This document shows, one piece after another, positions 9,878 through 19,570 of a stretch of DNA of 59,018 bases; positions within the stretch are counted from its first letter, which is position 1, and each line of letters begins with the position of its first letter. The notes below the pieces were generated by a model, which saw only the letters and a list, made by a program, of their open reading frames with translations, searched no databases and was not told the origin of the DNA. The position numbers were made by a program, and so were the translations under genes. This DNA comes from a virus (Duplodnaviria; Caudoviricetes). The stretch covers positions 1 through 59,018 of the IMG/VR virus record IMGVR_UViG_3300027858_000006. The stretch is one strand, 5' to 3'.

Positions 9878-10515
9878 TATTCGGTCCTCTGTATTGGTTT
9901 ATTGTTTCCAAAATACCAGCCGATTATGATCAAAGCCAATTCGTTTGGCATGGTTATTTCCTGCCCTATAATTGCTTGATATCCCGATACGAGGATGGTA
10001 GGTACCACCACAGACAGGGCGATTAGTTCATCAGTATTTTCAGATAGTATGCTCATAATTTCACTTATCCCAGGGCTTAACATTGCTTAGATGCAAACCA
10101 GAATCTAAATTCATCATTGCATCTTCAGCAAATTTAACCCTATTATCAGACGATTCGATTATTTGATCCAATACTTTTCGTATATGGTCTACTGTTGCCC
10201 GTTGTATTAGCCACCAATCATTTGTTTCAGTCATATGTGTTTTCACCTTAACCAGTTTCTCCAATCAGATAAATTTAAATCTTTCCATTGATGCCACTTC
10301 ATAGATAGAATGAATCCTGCGATTATCATTGCCAGCCCGTAATATTCATGGCCTGCCACGTCAAGCAGATCGTATCCATGATACTGGAACAAATGCTCAA
10401 TCAACAAAGCAGAACCACCTACTATAAGGACTAAAGATATCAGTTGCTTATAGTATGGATATGTCCTTTCTTTCTGTTCCTGAGACATCTCCCACGGAAG
10501 GGACGGGCCGGTCAT
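9877..10515 (-). CDS. small ORFs including two 2-TM membrane proteins (9877-10083, 10243-10515; holin-like) and 10061-10264
   Basis: Two hydrophobic segments in each membrane ORF; late-operon position. Confidence 0.5.
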
Positions 10516-10519
10516 GGTC

Positions 10520-12322
10520 TCAGTACTCTATGGTAGCCTCGTATTCCCCGTATGCCAAGCCCTCAAACACAACTACACCGTTGTCTCCTGTTGTGCCGGT
10601 AGTCATGTCATTTGTATCGTCTACCCGGGTCAGTGTCACCGAGCATCCCGCTTTTGGGGCGTCTGCGGTATCTACATATTCAAGTGATACCATGCCAACT
10701 GCATCGGGTACTACTATTCTCGTTTCTGTTACTTCGCTATCTACTGTGATTCTTGTTGTGTATTTCATTGTTTCTTCGTCTCCTGGGATTCCATCCCATA
10801 TCTGTATACGATCTAAAGCATAATATGTCATTTCGGTTGGGTGTTTTGCGCTGAAATTACCCTGGATTTTCATGTGATTTACTTTGGTACATGACCCTAT
10901 TTGCCCATCTTCTGCGATCCATTCTTTTGTTGTGTTTTCTGTAGTTTCATTTTCTACATCAAACCAAGCACGAATAATTCCATTATTGAAATCTATATAA
11001 AATGAAAACTTGTGCCATTCACCATCATATGCATTGTTTAGATCAACTGTTTCGCCTAACCACAGACCTTCATCCCCATGATAGAAAAACATCCTTGCTG
11101 AATCGCCGTTGCCATTATAGCCCAAATGCATAAATATTGAACCGTTTCCATCCGTGTTCATTACTATCCATTTACATCTACCCCCATCAGCAATTGTTTT
11201 AAAACCTTTGTTGAATCGAGCCCTGAACGTGGTGTATATTTCGCCTGTTGTAATGTCTCTACTCAGATATACGGAACCATCACCACACATATCTTCCCCC
11301 GCTCCGATGTTGTTAGCAGGCTGGACATGCCCTCGTGTAATTCCATCGACAGGTGGATTAAGTGGATATTCTGAACTGCACGATTGTAGCATGAACTTAG
11401 ATCCGGTTAATGGATGCCATCCATTGTACTCTTCAACTACTGTAGTAGCCTCTGCATGTTCTGTACAATATTCAGAGTACCCAGATGTGTAGATATATCC
11501 TGGCGTGCTATCAATGCTTCCGCCCCAGTCTTCAAAATCATAATCTAGTATTTTTTTCACACTGTTGGTTTCATCTGCATCAGGGATATCATCCCATATT
11601 TCCATGCTGTCCAGCCAAGTCATAGCTGTTCCTGTTCCACCCGTGCCGGATCGATTGCTTGGCCACCCTACCTGTACTAAACCAGGGCCGGGTGTGGGTG
11701 TTTTTCTATAACAAATCTCATTTTCTATTCGCTCGATCTGGCCATCTATTTTCAGCCAGAACACACCGGTTGATGTACAATCTGCAAATTCAGAACCACA
11801 TGTGCATTCAGTTGGTGTCCAATCCATAAATACTTCGAATGTATGCCATAGATTATCATCTAAATTTTTAGATGTTGGGAAGTATTTATTATATGTATAA
11901 CCATATGGATTTTGAGAGATAATTGAAAGCAACCAAGCTTGGGGTCCTAGTCTGGATAATGTAAGTACAAAATCCCCTTGATCTCGATAATTTACATATA
12001 ACTGTTTAGATAAATACCCACCCCAATTAATATCGGTCTCATATTTCTGTATCCATTTGAAATATGCTTTGGTTCCTATACCAGATTCCCTCAAATTGAA
12101 CCTGGATGTATTCCCTATGTTGGTCAAAACTCCAATTGTTCTTCCTGATGCAGATTTAAACAAATCTGTTGTTAGACTGTGCTGTCCGGTACAGGATTCA
12201 TCTGATTGAAAATTATTCAATAAGAATTTGTCCCTGTATTCCTGATAGTATGTTCCATACGATCTATCACCTACGCATTCGGTAAACGTTTCGAAATCTT
12301 CATTGAATATTAGATTTGCCAT
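10520..12322 (-). CDS. 600-aa protein with two tandem polysaccharide-lyase/ConA-like domains and a C-terminal Ig-like domain
   Basis: Repeat: DFE...DNLWHTFEVFMD...LDSMEIWDDIP and DFE...DGEWHKFSFYID...LDRIQIWDGIP; C-terminal GTTGDNGVVVFEGLAYGEY. Confidence 0.6.
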   Translation of the reverse strand: MANLIFNEDFETFTECVGDRSYGTYYQEYRDKFLLNNFQSDESCTGQHSLTTDLFKSASGRTIGVLTNIGNTSRFNLRESGIGTKAYFKWIQKYETDINWGGYLSKQLYVNYRDQGDFVLTLSRLGPQAWLLSIISQNPYGYTYNKYFPTSKNLDDNLWHTFEVFMDWTPTECTCGSEFADCTSTGVFWLKIDGQIERIENEICYRKTPTPGPGLVQVGWPSNRSGTGGTGTAMTWLDSMEIWDDIPDADETNSVKKILDYDFEDWGGSIDSTPGYIYTSGYSEYCTEHAEATTVVEEYNGWHPLTGSKFMLQSCSSEYPLNPPVDGITRGHVQPANNIGAGEDMCGDGSVYLSRDITTGEIYTTFRARFNKGFKTIADGGRCKWIVMNTDGNGSIFMHLGYNGNGDSARMFFYHGDEGLWLGETVDLNNAYDGEWHKFSFYIDFNNGIIRAWFDVENETTENTTKEWIAEDGQIGSCTKVNHMKIQGNFSAKHPTEMTYYALDRIQIWDGIPGDEETMKYTTRITVDSEVTETRIVVPDAVGMVSLEYVDTADAPKAGCSVTLTRVDDTNDMTTGTTGDNGVVVFEGLAYGEYEATIEY

Positions 12323-12376
12323 GTTAGTTCCTTTGCCTATGTGTCAACTGGTACTTTCTGCATGTTTAACCCACCT

Positions 12377-12697
12377 TTACAGCCTGACTTTTTGCTCTAA
12401 ACATTTTTTGATCCAGTCAACTGCTTCTCGGGTGCGTTCCACATGTGATTTGATTTCGGAAATGTCTTCATCGGTTTTATCGATTTTTGTGAACAGGATA
12501 TCTATCTTTTCAACTTCTTTATCTATGCGATCTTGGGCCAGACATGCGTGTTTATCCACACGTTTATTTATCCTTTCGTGCTCCTGGCGATCCCACCAAA
12601 AATAAGCACCCCAAGCCGTCATAAGAGCACAAAAAACTAAAGCGGTAATAACTGACATGCCACTGTTTTCAATTGGAACAATATCATAGAAGCTCAT
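12377..12697 (-). CDS. single-TM coiled-coil membrane protein (lysis-associated?)
   Basis: N-terminal hydrophobic helix followed by heptad repeats. Confidence 0.55.
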   Translation of the reverse strand: MSFYDIVPIENSGMSVITALVFCALMTAWGAYFWWDRQEHERINKRVDKHACLAQDRIDKEVEKIDILFTKIDKTDEDISEIKSHVERTREAVDWIKKCLEQKVRL

Positions 12698-12752
12698 GGT
12701 CGTATAGATATGTTTTTTATTTTATATATTTTTCGAGATAACATTCAGACGC

Positions 12753-13034
12753 TTACTTATATTCGTTGTGGATTATGAACGATGCGGAATCGCCGGAACC
12801 ACTCCAGCCGGATATCGATAAGTTTGCCTGGACGGTATACACTCCCTCCTGGTCAAAATCTCCTGCCACGACTGTATATTGAAGATAATTTGTATCGTAG
12901 ATTGATGCAGTCCACTCTACTTCAGTGCCGTCCGGTTTTTCAACTTTCAATATCGTGTTAGTTGCGGCTGAGATGTCTTCTTCACAATCTACAGTGATTA
13001 CAGTTCCAATATCACCTACATAGTTTTTTGCCAT
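12753..13034 (-). CDS. BppU N-terminal-like Ig-fold structural protein
   Basis: VGDIGT...KPDGT...LQYT...GDFDQEGVY.VQA pattern. Confidence 0.6.
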   Translation of the reverse strand: MAKNYVGDIGTVITVDCEEDISAATNTILKVEKPDGTEVEWTASIYDTNYLQYTVVAGDFDQEGVYTVQANLSISGWSGSGDSASFIIHNEYK

Positions 13035-13037
13035 GCT

Positions 13038-13256
13038 TCAGCCCTCGAATGCGAAATCAGATGTTACCGAAATTGTTCGGCTAAGTGGAGATGATAATAC
13101 AATCTCGTTGAATGCTTCCACGCTTGGTGGTACTTGTGCCGCAATACCCCGGTATAGCTCTACTATATGCTGTTTATCTACTCCTGATATAGTTCCATCC
13201 GCAATGGGTAATACTCTCAGAACAGATCGCCGCTTATCTTCTGAATCAATAGCCAT
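13038..13256 (-). CDS. hypothetical virion-module protein
   Basis: SD GAGGTGA; tightly packed in operon. Confidence 0.6.
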   Translation of the reverse strand: MAIDSEDKRRSVLRVLPIADGTISGVDKQHIVELYRGIAAQVPPSVEAFNEIVLSSPLSRTISVTSDFAFEG

Positions 13257-13267
13257 GGATAATCACC

Positions 13268-15643
13268 TCACGGACCGCTTACCATTTCCCCTTTCGTGAA
13301 CGTGGTTGCATCATCTGATACTGTAGCCTTTGCTATGACCGTTCCAGCATTGTTTTTCAAACTCAAAGTGGAGCTTGTCTGCGTTACCTCATTTCTGAAA
13401 TACATGTACATATACATTATAGCATCTTCAAGCGTGGGTGTGGCTGCGGGTGCGCCCTGTGCCATTTCGCTGATTGTATCGGTTTTGATCACATCAGATA
13501 CTTCTGCATTCACACTTGCCTTCATGGTTGCTGTGAGATCTCCACTAGATGGGGCATTAGTCAAATTTGTGACTGTAGCCAACGTACCAGCGGGAGCCAG
13601 TCTACTTGAAATAGTAGTATCTAGATTGGCAATTCTAGAATCACCCAGTGCTGTTAGTCCGGCCCCTGCAACCCCAATCTCTGTTGTATCTGTCTCGATA
13701 TCAGTTTGTTTATTTCTGATATGTTCTAAGGTGTCGGTTCCTGCTGCCCAGGTTGCGCCCTTTATCTCTGTAAAAGCTGCTACCATTTCTGTATTAGTAG
13801 GTGGGTCGTAGTCGGAGAGTGCTGTGTCAACTTCTGTATTTACATCTGCTGTGGATATGTTGTTTAGTGCCGCCACTGTGGCTTCAAGTGCGCAGGCATC
13901 AAGGATTGTGTCTAGTCTGCCAGCATTTGCCCAGTCTGTCTGTAATTTGTTGGTATCTATTAAGATAGCATCTACATTTGTATCAACCACGTCTACCTTG
14001 CCATCTGTTGTTGTATGGAGTGCTGCTGCTGTTCCAGCTACATCAGGAATTACTTTGTTTGGTGCATATAGAGCTTGTAAAGTGGCAAGTGTAACACCGT
14101 CTGCGCCCGTAATCGTGTCGAGGTCTGTCTGTGCTGTTGCCAGCGCTGCAGGTAATGTTGTCCCGGTGTCTGTAAGTACATCACTAACTGTTTTTGATAG
14201 TGATCCTGCTACAACGTGATCTGCAACCAACTCATCTAATACCGCATCAGCCACTTGTCCAGCGGTAGGTGCGGTTGTCCCTGGAGCAGTTACAAATGTT
14301 TTTACACCATCTCCTGCCAAAATTGTGAAGTCGGGAGCTGAATCAAGTGTTATTGTCTTTGTTGCACCCGTATAAGCCGAAACTTTCCGAACGCTAGGAT
14401 AATCGTTATTGGAAGCATCATATACCACAATTGCTTGATCTTTATATGCATCATCTATATCCGAACCTGCTGTTAATGTGAAGTGGGTTTGATCAGTTAC
14501 TGCCGCAATGGTTGTGTCTATCAACACATTCGGATTACTTGCAGCAGCACTCCATGCAGCATCTCCTCTATCTCTAATTGCTTGCAAGGAATCAGTAGTA
14601 TTAACAAATGTACTCCAGTCTGCAGTAGCTCCCAGAGATGCTAGCTTGGCAATAATAGAATTATCAACTACATCATCTGCATCTGCAACAGCTAAAAGAT
14701 GGTCAAGATTCAAAGCAACCATAGCATCATTACATTCACTCTGGATTTCTGTATCCCATGCACTATTCCAAGGCAATGCAGTAAGTCCAACACCAAGAGC
14801 CCCTATTCGAGCAAAAGAATCACCTGTTTGAACTGTATGACCAGTTAAGGTTGCTACATTCGTGACATTTGCCACCGTATCCGCTGCAGGATCGAAGTAT
14901 GAAGCAGCTACAAGCGTCCTGGCGTTGAACTCTGCTACAGTGGGTATATCTGCTATATCTGTAGGTAAGTTGGCAGCGTCAAGTTCTGCAAGCCTTGTTT
15001 CAGTGCATACAGATGCGAGTGCTACCGCGGCAGTAACCCTTGTAAGTAATGTATCAACGTTGGTGTCAACTGTTGAGATCGAATGGTCTAAAAATGCCGC
15101 TTTTGCATCAGTCCAAGTAACATCAGTAAGTGCAGTGGCCGCTAGAGCTGCGGAATCCGTCCCTCTCATGTCGGTATTAGTGGTAACGGTGTCGGTAAGG
15201 ACAACCCCCTGTACTTTATTGGTCGCAGGGTCATAACCAGCATCAGCAAAATCCTTTAGATCGGTTGCTGATTGGGCATCTCCGCCTATTTGCGTTATGT
15301 CTGCGGTAAGTACATCAGTTCCAAGAACGAGAGAATCATATACATTGGCAGGCACTATCATAAATTCTCTCCAAACTGCCAGGGCGCCAGATTCATGAAC
15401 GGAAACTCTTAGTTTTCCAAGTGTGCCTGTGTCTGTGGTATCAAGCGGCACTGAATAGTTTCCTACTTCCATATGCGTTGCGCCTGCTGCGTTGTTTGTC
15501 TGCGCAAATGCGCCCCCGTTTTTTGATAATCTTATATCTGCCTGGGAGATTGTAAGGCCGGTTTCTTGGGTATTGCCGTCTGTGCTATCCAGCATTGGAC
15601 CCATTACTATTGTTGCTGCTGTTGATTGTTTGAGAATGTCCAT
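13268..15643 (-). CDS. 791-aa Ala/Thr/Asp-rich fibre-like structural protein
   Basis: Low-complexity mosaic of short repeats (VDTNVD, VNxEV, TLATVTN); located in head operon. Confidence 0.65.
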   Translation of the reverse strand: MDILKQSTAATIVMGPMLDSTDGNTQETGLTISQADIRLSKNGGAFAQTNNAAGATHMEVGNYSVPLDTTDTGTLGKLRVSVHESGALAVWREFMIVPANVYDSLVLGTDVLTADITQIGGDAQSATDLKDFADAGYDPATNKVQGVVLTDTVTTNTDMRGTDSAALAATALTDVTWTDAKAAFLDHSISTVDTNVDTLLTRVTAAVALASVCTETRLAELDAANLPTDIADIPTVAEFNARTLVAASYFDPAADTVANVTNVATLTGHTVQTGDSFARIGALGVGLTALPWNSAWDTEIQSECNDAMVALNLDHLLAVADADDVVDNSIIAKLASLGATADWSTFVNTTDSLQAIRDRGDAAWSAAASNPNVLIDTTIAAVTDQTHFTLTAGSDIDDAYKDQAIVVYDASNNDYPSVRKVSAYTGATKTITLDSAPDFTILAGDGVKTFVTAPGTTAPTAGQVADAVLDELVADHVVAGSLSKTVSDVLTDTGTTLPAALATAQTDLDTITGADGVTLATLQALYAPNKVIPDVAGTAAALHTTTDGKVDVVDTNVDAILIDTNKLQTDWANAGRLDTILDACALEATVAALNNISTADVNTEVDTALSDYDPPTNTEMVAAFTEIKGATWAAGTDTLEHIRNKQTDIETDTTEIGVAGAGLTALGDSRIANLDTTISSRLAPAGTLATVTNLTNAPSSGDLTATMKASVNAEVSDVIKTDTISEMAQGAPAATPTLEDAIMYMYMYFRNEVTQTSSTLSLKNNAGTVIAKATVSDDATTFTKGEMVSGP

Positions 15644-15645
15644 TA

Positions 15646-16476
15646 TTAAGCTCCCATCATTTGTTTATAATGCTGCATGAAAACTGGAATTGTAACACCA
15701 GCGGGTGCAGCCAGCGGCTGTCCGTAAAGTTCTTGCGGTACTTGATACATGAAATAAGGGTAAGTATTAAGAAATTGTACTTGATATGGTGTAAGGCACG
15801 CATTCCATAAAATCGGATTGTTTATCAAACCCCCGAAAAATCGTTCTAAATCACTTCTTACACCAACTGTAAGGTTACATGATGTAGATGCAATTCCATT
15901 TGAGTAAGCTAATGGGTTTGCATCTAATAAACCATCAACATACACCCTCATGTATATTCCATCGTATGTACACACACAACGGTGTAATTTTCCGTCAACA
16001 ATATCAGTATTTCCATACAAACTCGAATAATTAGTGCCATCAGATGATAACCATAATTTTAATCTCTCTCCATCGGAATCATCTATATCCATCCGGTATT
16101 GACGTTGGCTTGTATCGGGATTCCACTTTCCAAATATATCTTTATCCGCTATTATACTTGTCGTGCTATATTTTATCTCTGCTGACATAGATATATGCGT
16201 GTTCGTTCCAGATATATCAATCGAGCCATGATTAGGAACGGTGATATAATCACTACTCCCATTAAACTCTAACCCAGCAGCACCACCCACCCACTCAGGC
16301 ACACCTACAAGTGTTCCATTGTTTCCATGACCACTAACGTCAAATGCCTCGTCACCATTGCCTTCCCAGAACGGCAAAGCCATAACCGGGACGGGCATAT
16401 TATATTTTCGACAGTTATAAGCAACTATCCACGGGTCTATGTTCCAGAGTCCAGGTTTGACATTAGCAGAATGCAT
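15646..16476 (-). CDS. LamG/concanavalin-A-like lectin-fold virion protein
   Basis: DVSGHGNNGTL...LEFNGSSDYI...HRCVCTYDG..MRVYVDG...FFGGLI LamG-3 signature. Confidence 0.85.
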   Translation of the reverse strand: MHSANVKPGLWNIDPWIVAYNCRKYNMPVPVMALPFWEGNGDEAFDVSGHGNNGTLVGVPEWVGGAAGLEFNGSSDYITVPNHGSIDISGTNTHISMSAEIKYSTTSIIADKDIFGKWNPDTSQRQYRMDIDDSDGERLKLWLSSDGTNYSSLYGNTDIVDGKLHRCVCTYDGIYMRVYVDGLLDANPLAYSNGIASTSCNLTVGVRSDLERFFGGLINNPILWNACLTPYQVQFLNTYPYFMYQVPQELYGQPLAAPAGVTIPVFMQHYKQMMGA

Positions 16477-16482
16477 GTGGTT

Positions 16483-17127
16483 CTATAGTCCTGTGTTCAG
16501 AGTATATGCTGAGTATGTATAAACATCTGGGCCGTCCGTATCATAATCGGCATTGTATACTATCCGAAGCCGACTGAGTGATCGACAGTTGATATTAAGT
16601 TTCCACTGTGCCACTACCTCGGCCCTGGCATCGTCTATGTCCATGATTACGGATGCGGCTGCGGTCTGTTCGTTAGCAAGCCCGTCTAATATCGTAATAG
16701 TATCGCCAGCATCTCCCGAGTTCGCTGTCTGGAATACCACTTCCGAATTTGCAACAGTCGTATTTTTGATGAACTTGAACTTTCCATCATTGTCTATTCC
16801 CGCTGTTTCGGGGTTGGTACAAGCGATTACCGTTTCATCCGCCGGTTCTGTAGCATCGAGAGCTAAAGGCGTAACTGGCGTACCGACTGGCCCCACTAAC
16901 CTCAGTTCATTCACCCAATCATCCTTTGCTGGGGATGCCTCACCAGTGGACTGAATGATTATTTCTGGCTGGCCGGTGCTGGCGACTGCTTCACCAAGTA
17001 CCGCTTTGATTGCAAGCGTTACCTCGTATGCGGTTGATACATCCAGTTCTGTACCCAGCCGAACGGCTGCATTAGCGGTAAGCGCCCATTCATCCAGAAC
17101 GGTTTGAGAACCTTTTGTTAGTGCCAT
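16483..17127 (-). CDS. putative virion structural protein
   Basis: Acidic beta-rich ORF coupled to neighbours. Confidence 0.6.
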   Translation of the reverse strand: MALTKGSQTVLDEWALTANAAVRLGTELDVSTAYEVTLAIKAVLGEAVASTGQPEIIIQSTGEASPAKDDWVNELRLVGPVGTPVTPLALDATEPADETVIACTNPETAGIDNDGKFKFIKNTTVANSEVVFQTANSGDAGDTITILDGLANEQTAAASVIMDIDDARAEVVAQWKLNINCRSLSRLRIVYNADYDTDGPDVYTYSAYTLNTGL

Positions 17128-17406
17128 TTAGACCACCAATCCTGCCTGTACATTTGTCACAGCATTGTCCAACGCAGGTGCAGTGAACAGGTTTTGCTCG
17201 GATTCATAGGCGTCAATGTCTGCTTGCATCAAAGCAATAAATTTATCGGTTTTATCTGCAACAGAATCCCCCGAACGATACTTGACTGAATAATCTTTAT
17301 TGATCAATTCCTCTGCCCCCTCACTTAGAACCATGTTCATAGTGATGTTCCACATTTTGTCCATGATTTTAGTAACTGATTTTTTTGTTACAGTTGCGAT
17401 CGCCAT
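17128..17406 (-). CDS. hypothetical protein, probable fibre-module component
   Basis: 92-aa ORF with SD GAGG. Confidence 0.6.
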   Translation of the reverse strand: MAIATVTKKSVTKIMDKMWNITMNMVLSEGAEELINKDYSVKYRSGDSVADKTDKFIALMQADIDAYESEQNLFTAPALDNAVTNVQAGLVV

Positions 17407-17430
17407 AATTATTCCTCATAATTCTATTGT

Positions 17431-18135
17431 CTACAGTCCGCCCATTTTATGAAAGTTCACATTACCGTGTCTGAGTGTATAATTACCAGTAGCTCCAACG
17501 TTTTTGATTATAAATGAAACTTTATCTCCTTCATTGATATCAAATATTGATGTTCCGGGCAAACATTCATATTGTGTTGCTGTTCCTAGTTTCTGCCTGG
17601 CCCTGCATTTATCACACGGTGTTTTGTTAATCATGAAACCCATTGTGAATATATGGCCGGTTGTGCCTGGCGTCAGTGTTGCAGACCAGTTGGACGGATA
17701 GTGACCGCTTGCGTTTGCACCGGCTGTTAGTGTCGCACCTCTGGCATACGTACCTGTGGCATCATCATTGGTATCCCATGCTTTGTCGATCTCGAAAGTG
17801 GTTGAGCTAGGTGCTGAAAGTACTTCATACAGATCGTTATAATTCGTAGTTCCGGTGATGCTTATATAGTCGCCTGCGGAGAGGTTATGTGCCGCTGTGG
17901 TGGTTACCAGTGTGGAGGCACCTCCATCATATGTCGCATATGCCGTTATGTCCGTTCCTCTCACACCGTCCGCAAACGTCCAGCCAAGATTTACCCCTGC
18001 TGTTATGTTGGCAGCATACAGGGCATGCCAGACGTCTGCTGTATCGATCACAGATTCAACCGTGTTAGAATATATGTACATCTCACCTGCTTTTTTCACT
18101 GTTGCAGGTGAGGCACGCTGGATAAAATCACCCAT
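17431..18135 (-). CDS. putative virion spike/fibre protein
   Basis: TTTAAHNLSAGDYISITGTTNYNDLYEV...TTFEI small beta module common in phage structural proteins. Confidence 0.6.
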   Translation of the reverse strand: MGDFIQRASPATVKKAGEMYIYSNTVESVIDTADVWHALYAANITAGVNLGWTFADGVRGTDITAYATYDGGASTLVTTTAAHNLSAGDYISITGTTNYNDLYEVLSAPSSTTFEIDKAWDTNDDATGTYARGATLTAGANASGHYPSNWSATLTPGTTGHIFTMGFMINKTPCDKCRARQKLGTATQYECLPGTSIFDINEGDKVSFIIKNVGATGNYTLRHGNVNFHKMGGL

Positions 18136-18141
18136 GATTAT

Positions 18142-18525
18142 CTACTCCGAGTATGTCACCATCAATGTTCCGCTTGTGGCCCCGACACGGATGGCTTTGA
18201 AATTTGCAATGTCTGAGGCACTGTTCAAAGTGATTACATCCCCCGCCTCTATCAGGTGTCCCTCGGTTGTAGTGGGATCTGAACCGTCTTTCCAGATACG
18301 GATTTGTGCGGTCTCAAGCGTCATTGTGGCTTTTGTGGCGTCACCGTATGTCCCAGATGTCAAGCCTATGGCAGAATCAGCAACGGTGACAATCTCGTTT
18401 GCGCTCGCTTCATTCCCTGTGGCGCCAACCCCTACATATAAGGGTTTGTCAGCGCTACCACCAAGGATATACCCATCGTTATCTATATTTTGAACTCTTC
18501 CTGCTTTTGTTGCTTCTACTACCAT
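18142..18525 (-). CDS. putative head decoration/structural protein
   Basis: IRIWKDGSDPTTTEGHLIEAGD pattern; downstream of MCP. Confidence 0.55.
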   Translation of the reverse strand: MVVEATKAGRVQNIDNDGYILGGSADKPLYVGVGATGNEASANEIVTVADSAIGLTSGTYGDATKATMTLETAQIRIWKDGSDPTTTEGHLIEAGDVITLNSASDIANFKAIRVGATSGTLMVTYSE

Positions 18526-18579
18526 ATTTAATCACCTTAATAATAATAAAATGTGGTGAGTTTTCACCCACCAGTACGC

Positions 18580-19071
18580 TCATGTCTTTGTCAATTCAAG
18601 CTGAAGGAGTACTTCTCCTGTGCCTGTTTTACCGCCTGCGCTAACAATGGTTATCACATCCCCCTCTGCTACCGCCGTTAGTAGTAATGTTCCTACTTGC
18701 CTGTATCCTGTTTCTTTACTGGCTTCTGATGCCACTTCATTCACAAAATAATCTACATCGTCAGTTCCTATGAACACTTTGCCGACACTGAGATTACTTC
18801 CTGCATCTGCGCTCGATGCTTCTGTGAACACGAAATTTGCAGCGGTTAGAGTATACGCCCTATCTGCTACGAAAACATGCTGTGTGACACCTGCGCCAGA
18901 CAAATCAACGGGGACCTGTGATGATACGACAACCGTTTCAAGGTCTGTCTGCATGGCATCTAGAACATCTTTTATTGTGGTATGACTTCCATCCACATTA
19001 CCGATAAGTGGGCAGGGTGCATTCGTCCCTACCTGCCTATCCAATAAGGTTATTCCACCTGCGTCTGCCAT
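18580..19071 (-). CDS. putative head decoration protein
   Basis: Beta-rich acidic ORF in capsid operon. Confidence 0.5.
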   Translation of the reverse strand: MADAGGITLLDRQVGTNAPCPLIGNVDGSHTTIKDVLDAMQTDLETVVVSSQVPVDLSGAGVTQHVFVADRAYTLTAANFVFTEASSADAGSNLSVGKVFIGTDDVDYFVNEVASEASKETGYRQVGTLLLTAVAEGDVITIVSAGGKTGTGEVLLQLELTKT

Positions 19072-19084
19072 GTGAAATACCCCC

Positions 19085-19570
19085 TTAGCTCACTGCTCTG
19101 GTTGCAACAATGATATTCACTTTATTAACAGTTGCATCCCCGAGAATGATACTATTCAATACATACAGCGCCTGTCCATCTGCGTGTGTGGCTGCGGTTG
19201 TGCCCATTGCACCCCTCCGGACCACCATGGTTGTATCAGTGTACTCCGATACTTCCATAATTTCATCATCGACACGGATATAAAACGGTGTCCCTGTTGC
19301 GGGCCACTGGGTTTTAGTCGATGTTGTTATGGTAACAGCCGTTTCGGTTGCTGTGACAGTTGCACCATGATTTATGGTAGTTGTAGGATACAGTGCTGCC
19401 GCTTCAGCCACGCCAGTAAGGTCCATTGTTGCGAACCACAATGCTGGATAACTCAACTCAATCCAGTCTGCCTGGGTGACTTTGTTCACTTCGAGTAAGT
19501 GTATAGACACATTGTCATTAGCTGAATCAAAATCAGATACGGGTGTTATCTGTGCTGCTGCCATGATCAA
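19085..19570 (-). CDS. putative capsid decoration protein
   Basis: IRVDDEIMEV...VRRGAMGTTAATHADG motif; immediately after MCP. Confidence 0.55.
   Translation of the reverse strand: MIMAAAQITPVSDFDSANDNVSIHLLEVNKVTQADWIELSYPALWFATMDLTGVAEAAALYPTTTINHGATVTATETAVTITTSTKTQWPATGTPFYIRVDDEIMEVSEYTDTTMVVRRGAMGTTAATHADGQALYVLNSIILGDATVNKVNIIVATRAVS

Noticed and set aside
13296-15236. Long plus-strand ORFs opposite the fibre gene (and similar shadows opposite other large genes)
   Set aside because: Antisense shadows of Ala/Thr/Asp-rich coding sequence with no SD or recognisable motifs
8159-16476. Diversity-generating retroelement or invertible shufflon acting on the LamG paralogs
   Set aside because: No reverse transcriptase or recombinase seen, no near-identical TR/VR pair with adenine-specific differences, and both copies are on the same strand
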